This document shows positions 43,537 to 50,647 of a DNA stretch of 64,000 nt, in pieces. The stretch lies in contig CP000066.1 of NCBI GenBank assembly GCA_000002445.1, forward strand, positions 576,001-640,000, read 5' to 3'. The stretch is from Trypanosoma brucei (taxonomy: Eukaryota). A program made the position numbers and the translations under genes. The notes beneath the pieces were generated by a model that was not told the origin of the DNA, searched no databases, and saw only the letters and a program-made list of their open reading frames with translations. How positions within the stretch are numbered: the first letter of the stretch is position 1; every line of letters starts with the position of its first letter.

Positions 43537-45351
43537 ATGGGTAAAACTAACACAAAAAAGCAGGAGGCTCGTGTTGCCCGCCTGCGTAGCCTTCCAAAGT
43601 CGGAGAGGCTCGTAAAGATTGCACGAATTAAAAAGCGTGAGGGAAGGATTCTCGACTCAGCAGAGAAACATGCCTTAAAGATGTCTTCCGAGTATGGTGA
43701 AATCATACGGCTTTGGGAGGTTCTCCGCACATCTGAGGGACAATCTAAAGAAGAGGAAGAGAAGGAAAAACAAAAAAAGAAAGGAAAGAACAAAAAAGGG
43801 GAGGATTCCACCGATGATGTGAAGCAGCAGAAACTCAGTCGATACAAACACAAATACCCAACAGTTGACAAACTGCTAAAAAAGATTGAGCCAAAATTCG
43901 ACACATATGTGAGGACGCCTCGTACAAGTCGTGTCATTCAGTCCATGATAAAGTACGGCTCAACTGAGCAGCTTGGGAAAATTGTTGGACTAATTTCTAG
44001 TGGATATGCGAACTACGCAACTGATGCGTATGGTCATTTTGTCGTCGTCGCATTACTTCGTCATGCACCGCATGATTTGTTTGATAAAATCCTGTCACTC
44101 ACCATTCCCGCCGTCCCCACGCTGATTTCGCATCGCTTCGGCATTGAGGTGATCCACAGCGCGTATAGCAGTAACCTTTGTACGGCTACGAACCGAAACC
44201 TTCTAATTTTAGCCGTGTTCAAGGACAACATTGCGCTCATGAAGCGGTGGAAAGGTTATCCCATTTTGGAGGATGTGTTAGCGCAAGAGGTGGAGCAGCG
44301 CAAGAGACTTCTTCCTAAACTCTTTGAATTGTGTGAAAAACTTGTGTCGCAAAAAAGTGCTGTGGATTTCCCATTTGTCCAGCGCTTAGCCGCTGCCTTT
44401 ATTCGAAACGGAACAAAACATGAAGTATCTGAGCTGTGTGACACACTTCGACCACATTTGGCGGTGCTGTGCACAATTCGCGAGGGAGCACCTCTTGCAT
44501 CACTTGCCTTTTCACTTACGGAGCCTAAAAAGCGAAAGGTTATTTTACGCGCCTTCTCTGAAAACCTTGGTGTACTCGTGGTGAGCAAATACAGTGCTCC
44601 CGTCATTGCGCGTCTATTTGATATTGTGTATGATGTGCAACTTCTCTGCAAATATGTGGTGAATGATGTGGTCTCGCATATTACACAACTTATCAACAGT
44701 CCCTTTGGACATCAAATTTTGTTACACCTTTTAACACCACATGACGAACGCAAAACTAAATTCCTCCTTCCCAACTGGTTCCAACATAACCTTTACTCCG
44801 TGGAGAATACGCGGTGGAATTGCCACACATGGCTCACACATGAGTACAAGGAAGAGGAAGTTGAGCTGTGTAGCAAAGACGCTGAGCAAACGCATTTGGC
44901 TGTGTTGCCAACTTTAATTAAAAAGTTCTTGGAAGTTCTGAGCAACTCCGAAGTGGCTTCAAAACTTAATAAACATTACGTGGGTCTCATTGCAAGGGAG
45001 GTGCTGCATGTTCATGAAAAGGAGCCAGCTTACCGGAAGGCACTGAAGCTTTCAGCGAATGATGTTCAAGTGCTGGAACGCTTATCGCTTTCACGTGGAA
45101 AGAAGGAACCACGACATGAAGAAGGCGGAAATTCTGTGGGGAAAATCACATCAGAGGTACAAAACAAAACGAAAGGGCGGAGGTTGGAACGGCCGCAAAT
45201 GCAAAAACCCGCCGAGACTCCCCGAGTTGTTAAAAAGATGATGAAAAGTAGCGGTGTTGAGAGATCTCGCAAGGAAGGAACTAAAGTGGAAACTGTGAGC
45301 CATGCGGTGAGTACACTCAAGAAGAAAAAGAAGGTTCTCCCCAAGAAATAA
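43537..45351 (+). CDS. Pumilio-repeat protein of the nucleolar Puf-A/PUF6/PUM3 type
   Basis: 604 aa with basic N- and C-termini (MGKTNTKKQEARVARLR..., ...KKKKKVLPKK). It has PUF-like repeats (SRVIQSMIKYGSTEQLGKIV, DAYGHFVVVALLRH, HRFGIEVIHSAY, KYSAPVIARLF, SPFGHQILLHLL). It may correspond to one of the nucleolar trypanosome PUFs, but I cannot say which. Confidence 0.82.
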   Translation: MGKTNTKKQEARVARLRSLPKSERLVKIARIKKREGRILDSAEKHALKMSSEYGEIIRLWEVLRTSEGQSKEEEEKEKQKKKGKNKKGEDSTDDVKQQKLSRYKHKYPTVDKLLKKIEPKFDTYVRTPRTSRVIQSMIKYGSTEQLGKIVGLISSGYANYATDAYGHFVVVALLRHAPHDLFDKILSLTIPAVPTLISHRFGIEVIHSAYSSNLCTATNRNLLILAVFKDNIALMKRWKGYPILEDVLAQEVEQRKRLLPKLFELCEKLVSQKSAVDFPFVQRLAAAFIRNGTKHEVSELCDTLRPHLAVLCTIREGAPLASLAFSLTEPKKRKVILRAFSENLGVLVVSKYSAPVIARLFDIVYDVQLLCKYVVNDVVSHITQLINSPFGHQILLHLLTPHDERKTKFLLPNWFQHNLYSVENTRWNCHTWLTHEYKEEEVELCSKDAEQTHLAVLPTLIKKFLEVLSNSEVASKLNKHYVGLIAREVLHVHEKEPAYRKALKLSANDVQVLERLSLSRGKKEPRHEEGGNSVGKITSEVQNKTKGRRLERPQMQKPAETPRVVKKMMKSSGVERSRKEGTKVETVSHAVSTLKKKKKVLPKK

Positions 45352-45864
45352 CGAACTGTTTTTTTTTCCTGCTTTGTTTACGCGGGCGAAGAATAAATGT
45401 CACAATGGTGTGAAATGGGGCGGGGGAGGGGAACAGAAGCCCTTCGTTCTTTCCCTTCCTTTTCAAGTTAGCAGTTGGATTACTTCAGAAGGCACAAAAC
45501 AAAAAAAAAAAGAAAAACACATAGCAGGGCAAAAAAAAAAATTTTAAAAAGGAGGAGGACGAGGAGGAGGGAGGAAAGAGGACAAAGTTACGCAGCACAA
45601 ATGCAACGTATGCGGTTCCGCTATTTAGAGGAGAGAAAAGTTAAATTGATGTTAGTGTTAGTGCGCCACGCGTCGTCATGCGCACCAAAACATAATTCTT
45701 CGTTTCAGGTGTATGCGTTCGAACTCACCATTACCTCCTCCCTTCCTCCCCCCGCCCCACGCAACCGACCCGAATGACTCTCTTAATTCGTTATTCGCAC
45801 CGTTAAAATCATTTTTTTTTTGTTTTCACAATGTGCAACGCATCCATTCCTTTTCACCCACCCA

Positions 45865-45876
45865 CCCCCCCCCCCC
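45865..45876 (+). repeat. C12 homopolymer
   Basis: Counted directly (45865-45876), preceded by cacccaccca. Confidence 0.95.
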
Positions 45877-46085
45877 ATTCCCTATCACTTAACATAAGTT
45901 TCGAATAAAAATAATAATAATAATAATAACAAAATAAAATAAAAATAAAGTGAACGAAAAGTTGCGGTTTGATGTGTGTCCCAACCCATTCTCTTGAATG
46001 TGCAATATTTTCCCCTCCTCTCTTCTCGTATCTCTTCTTTTAATGTTTACTCCCGCATTGTTTGTTTATGTGTGTTTGATTGAGT

Positions 46086-46099
46086 GGGGGGGGGGGGGG
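46086..46099 (+). repeat. G14 homopolymer
   Basis: Counted directly (46086-46099). It lies 210 nt downstream of the C12 run and 336 nt upstream of the ATG at 46435. Confidence 0.95.
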
Positions 46100-46434
46100 C
46101 CCACAGTGAAGGAAACACGGAGGAAAAACCTTTAGAAACCAAACAAACAAATAAATAATAACACCAACATCAGGGGAAATAATACCGGAGCGAAGAAGTA
46201 CTGAATTCAAAGTGATATATAGAATAGAAAGAAAAATCAATCAAAAAAAAGGAGTATTAAACACGAATAGAAGGTACGCAACGAGTAGTCTCCTCATATC
46301 TGATTGCATACCCACACTCTGTTATTATCACTCCCTTCTATTTTATTTTTTATTTTGTTGTTGTTAGAAGAAAGAAAAAAAAACTGAGAAACGAAAAAAA
46401 AAAGGTTGTGGTGGTGGTACTGTTGAAGAAATAA

Positions 46435-46815
46435 ATGCCACCAAAGAAGAGCAGCAATGCCAAAGCCGGCAAATCCGAAGCTGTCAGCGAAGTGAGCAAA
46501 ATTAATATGGATTATGTGCAATATGAACTTCCATCACCTGATATGGCTGTTGTGGAAAAATATATTGAAACGGCCAAAGCAAAAGCTCGCGCCTCATCTG
46601 CGCAACGAAGGCGGGAAGGCCGAAAGAGTTGTTGGAGGGCGGCGTCACCAAACATGTCACTTTGCAAAAAAATTCGTGGAGTGTTTTGTCCAAATATCTT
46701 TCAAACTCTGAAAGGACCTGTGAGGGATTTTGTGTTGGGATTTGTCGTTACTTTCTTCGTCATGTATGTATTTTTTGTGGCGTTGTATTTCGAAAAGGCG
46801 CCTTCCAAGCGATAG
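46435..46815 (+). CDS. Small tail-anchored membrane protein (126 aa), hypothetical
   Basis: ATG ORF on the PTU strand with a polar/basic N-terminal part and a single C-terminal TM segment (RDFVLGFVVTFFVMYVFFVALYFEKA). Confidence 0.5.
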   Translation: MPPKKSSNAKAGKSEAVSEVSKINMDYVQYELPSPDMAVVEKYIETAKAKARASSAQRRREGRKSCWRAASPNMSLCKKIRGVFCPNIFQTLKGPVRDFVLGFVVTFFVMYVFFVALYFEKAPSKR

Positions 46816-47107
46816 GCGGTAAAATAGATCTCAAAAACAAAAGAAAGAAAGAAAAAAAGAGGGACTGAAGAAATGAAGATGAAGATGAGAGAAATGAGTG
46901 AAGAAGTTACGAGGGGAGGGAGAGAAAGAAAAAGAAAAAGGGAGGGAAGGAGGGAAAGAAATAATTTCAAAATAAAACAAAAAAAAAGGGAAGTGACCAC
47001 AAATAGACGGCAACGCAAACGTTTTACGGTGTCGTATAATTTGGTAACCATCTTTAATGAAAAGTGTCTTCATTAGGCGAGGGACACCGTTCGTTTTTTG
47101 TTTTCTT

Positions 47108-47175
47108 TATATATACATATATATATATATTTATTTATTTATTTATTTATATTTATATATCCTCTCTCTCTCTCT
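47108..47175. repeat. Compound microsatellite (TA)n-(TTTA)n-(CT)n
   Basis: Read directly: tatatatacatatatatatatatttatttatttatttatttatatttatatatcctctctctctctctg. Confidence 0.9.
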
Positions 47176-47856
47176 GTGTGTTCCTCTTCCTTTCCCTATC
47201 CCTTTCTCTCTAATTCGCTAAATCTTCATTTATCTTCTTTCCATCCCCTCCCTTTCCACATCCTTTGATTTGTTTTGGAGGATTTTCGCACATCTTGTCG
47301 AGTTTCTACCGATTATTGTGGTGGTGAATTCTCGAATGCATCAAATGGTACAAATATTTCTTTCTGTTGCTTTTGTGTTCTCCCCTCTTTTTTTCTTTTA
47401 GGCGTTGTTATTACCGCTACGGTTGGTATTTTTGTACTTTCTTCGCATTCTTTTGGCATGTGTTGTCTTTGTATTTATTTAAATCTTGTTCTTGTTGTCG
47501 TTTTGCCTTCATACTCTTACAGTTCTAAACAGAAACAAACAAAAAAAATACCTTTACATCACTTTCCTTTACTTCCCTTTTACTTCATTTCTTTCTTTCG
47601 GCTTTCCTCTACCCATCTGCTGTTTGATTTATTTATTTATTGGTGCTTATGCGTCACGTAAATGTGCACATGAATAAATAAATAAATGAATGAATTGTTC
47701 TTTGCTTTATTAGTTCAAGGGAGAAAAAATAAATAAATAATAAATAGTAGTAACAGCATCACCAACAGTAGCGGCATAACAAAGAAAATTTCAAAAAAAA
47801 AGAAATAGAGGTGTGAGTTTATTTGCATCATTTATAAATATTAATATCAAATATAA

Positions 47857-48054
47857 ATGCCTGAGACGCCACAGCGAAATGGATTCAAGCGTCCAAGTCT
47901 TGCAGCTAAATTATTCGGTGATGCGGATGTCGTTTATTCGAGAGAAACAACATCTCGACTAACGGATTTTGCGGGAACATTTTTAGTCGGATTTTTCGCG
48001 GTTTACTTCACAATTGCGGGATATTTACTTTATCGTGAGGCAGCGCTCTCGTAA
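47857..48054 (+). CDS. Very small tail-anchored protein (65 aa), speculative
   Basis: ATG ORF on the PTU strand. It is the only non-low-complexity ORF in a 2.3-kb spacer. Its C-terminal TM segment TDFAGTFLVGFFAVYFTIAGYLLYREA resembles that of the 46435 ORF. Confidence 0.35.
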   Translation: MPETPQRNGFKRPSLAAKLFGDADVVYSRETTSRLTDFAGTFLVGFFAVYFTIAGYLLYREAALS

Positions 48055-49054
48055 AAAATAAAAAATAATATAATAATAATAAATAAATAAATAAATAAAG
48101 GAGAAGAAGAGAAAAATAAAATAAAATAAAACGTGTCATGGCGATGTTGTTGGATATTATTATTATTACTATTTATTCCAACAATGAAGATGCACCCATA
48201 ACGATCAGTTGAAGGGAAGGAAAGTGTGAAAAATCAATCATTACACTACCTATTTAGACATAGGTTTGGAGGGGAGAGATCTTTTTTTAAAAAAAACAAA
48301 AAAAAAATCTCCCCGGGTCCCTTTTGTGTTCTTCCTTTTATACGTGCGGTGTGTTGCGCTGAGAACTCACTGAGAAGTGCGTGACTGCGTATTTAAAAAT
48401 AAAAATAAAAAAAACACCGTCACCTTCCCTCGGTATTTAGTTAATCATTATATTGCCATACCTGTTTTTATTTTATTTTATTTACTTACTCACTTTGATC
48501 ACAATGTAAGTTCTCGGGCCGGTGCCGTTTTTTTTTTGCAATTTTTGGTGTTATGATCTTCCATTCGTCCCTCTTTTTTATCTCCTTTTTTTTTCCTTTT
48601 TTTTTCCACTGCTTTCTCCGCCTACACACTTTTAAAAATGAAATAAAAATTGTGCAGCATTTTCGCGCAGAAAGTCAATGTGCTCCCTTTATAAAAGCTA
48701 AGAGAATGGGGGAGTGTTGCGTACGCTCATGCGTTTTTGTGAGGGTTAATGAGTTTTCATCCTTTCAAAACAAAAACACAAAAGGGAGAAAATAACAGGG
48801 ACAAAGGGGGGGAAAAAAGTAGCAATGTTTTGTTTATTGATAATCCGCTAATTTATCTTAACTGCGTTACGGAATATATGATATATATTTGTGTGTGTAC
48901 GCGTGCATGTGAAATATCCAACACTCATTGCGTCATTTTGAAATTTATACCTTCTTTCTTTTTTGTTTTCCTTAAAATAATTCCGCTCCGCTTGGTTATT
49001 GCTCTGAAAGCTCAAGCGGCGCAGCGGGGGGGCGACTTTCCGTTGTTGTTGCTG

Positions 49055-49072
49055 TTATTATTATTATTATTA
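49055..49072. repeat. (TTA)6 microsatellite
   Basis: Read directly, preceded by (GTT)3. Confidence 0.9.
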
Positions 49073-49139
49073 TTGCTATTGTTGTGTGTTGTTCTTTTTT
49101 TTTAAAAATAAATAAATAAATAAAAGGAAACAGCATTGT

Positions 49140-49898
49140 ATGCTCCGGTGTATACAATGTAATGCGGCGGTCTACCGAATTGTTCAGCCGGAAAACGAGG
49201 TGGTTGAGAAGTGTGGGACATGCGGTAGGCGGTGTGATAGGTATTATGAATTCTCTAACTGTCAAAAGTGGATAAGCATCACGTTGCTTGAGAAACCTGC
49301 ATGGATTCATGTGTTATTTAACAAAAAAGATATCCGCGCGACATTATTTTGCACAGCCCTCCTGTCACGACTTATTGAAGCGTACGTCGTGCGAACGAGT
49401 TTGGTGTATGGCGCCTTACGCATGCTTCGGTCTAAGGGACCGGTTTCTAACGTAAGTTCGGTTGCGACACTTCAGCTTTTCCGGAATGTGAATCCCAAAA
49501 TAGAACCGCTGATGGCGTATCAGGACACTTTGCCCAATATATTTATTTGTGCTTGTGGAGAATATTTGCTTTGCCTTTTGGTCACTGTTATATTTGCGCT
49601 TCATTCGTGGCGTCGTGGTGGCTCGGCTTTATGGGATGTTGTACTCACATGGATGACATGTGTTAATCTTGCCTATTCAGCGAAGTTGTGTTTCGTAGTG
49701 TTCCTTATTTGGCGCATTCCCATCGCATTAGTATCCCTGGTGGATCTTATCAGTCTCCTTTGGGCTGCTCGCGGTTTCAGTCTTGTGGAAAATAGATATC
49801 CACCATTATTTACATCTGTTGTTGTGCTGATTTGTACGGCAGCCACACGATATCTCTTCCGTAGTGTTACGCAGTGGAGTCCACAACTTCTGGTGTGA
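49140..49898 (+). CDS. ARV1: ARV1-like lipid/sterol homeostasis protein
   Basis: 252 aa. The N-terminal Arv1 homology domain has a zinc ribbon, CIQCNAAVYRIVQPENEVVEKCGTCGRRCDRYYEFSNCQKWISITLLEKPAWIHVLFN (cf. consensus C..C...............C..C....D.Y.E........D..L.K..AY.H.LFN). Several TM segments follow. Confidence 0.78.
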   Translation: MLRCIQCNAAVYRIVQPENEVVEKCGTCGRRCDRYYEFSNCQKWISITLLEKPAWIHVLFNKKDIRATLFCTALLSRLIEAYVVRTSLVYGALRMLRSKGPVSNVSSVATLQLFRNVNPKIEPLMAYQDTLPNIFICACGEYLLCLLVTVIFALHSWRRGGSALWDVVLTWMTCVNLAYSAKLCFVVFLIWRIPIALVSLVDLISLLWAARGFSLVENRYPPLFTSVVVLICTAATRYLFRSVTQWSPQLLV

Positions 49899-50647
49899 TC
49901 GAAATGAATGTGAATGTCTCTTTTTCCCATTGTTCTCGCCCTTTTGTAATCATATTTATATATTTTTTCTTGTTTTTTTTTGTATTCTTCCGTCCTCGGT
50001 CCGGTCGGTTACCACTGTAAATGTAACCTACAACTTTCCTTTCCTTTCCTTTCTGCTTTGGTTTGGTTTGGTTTGGCTTGGTTGCACCGAAAGCACTTTT
50101 CTACTTCTCCATCGCCGCAATAATTGTTTTTTGTGGTGTTTCCCGTTCATTCGGTATCAGCATCAGATGGGAACTTTGTCGCTGCTTCTTTTCTTTGTTG
50201 TGTACCTTCCTCTTCTCCACTATTAATTGCGGTGCCCTCTGATTTATTTGCTTCGTCGTGTATATGCTGATGTATGTATATATATATATATAGAAATATA
50301 TAAATATACATGTGTGTATATGTATATATTGGCCCTTTTTGTTTCAATTTATTTCTTCGTCGTCTTTTCATGTTTCGTTATTGTGCAAGTAGAAACACCC
50401 ACAGGTGTCTGACACTTAGGCATAACAGTGTAAAAAGGTGGGGATTAGTTACGGGTGGAAGAAGAGGAGGAAGTTGAGGAAAAGATAGCAACGAAACAAA
50501 AGCTAAAGCTAAAGCAAAAAAAAAAAAGAAGAGAAAACGATAGAAGGGAGAGTAAAAAAACGGAAAAAAAACGGGAAAAAGTTAAGAGAACAATCATAGG
50601 GCAATAAAATAAGGCCAGATTTTCGCACAGGTGATAAACAGGAAACA

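Noticed and set aside
45475-45777. 100-aa K/R-rich ORF after the PUF gene
   Set aside because: It starts at TTG. Its first half is a translation of an A-rich run (KTKKKRKTHSRAKKKILKRRRTRRRE), so it is a low-complexity artefact.
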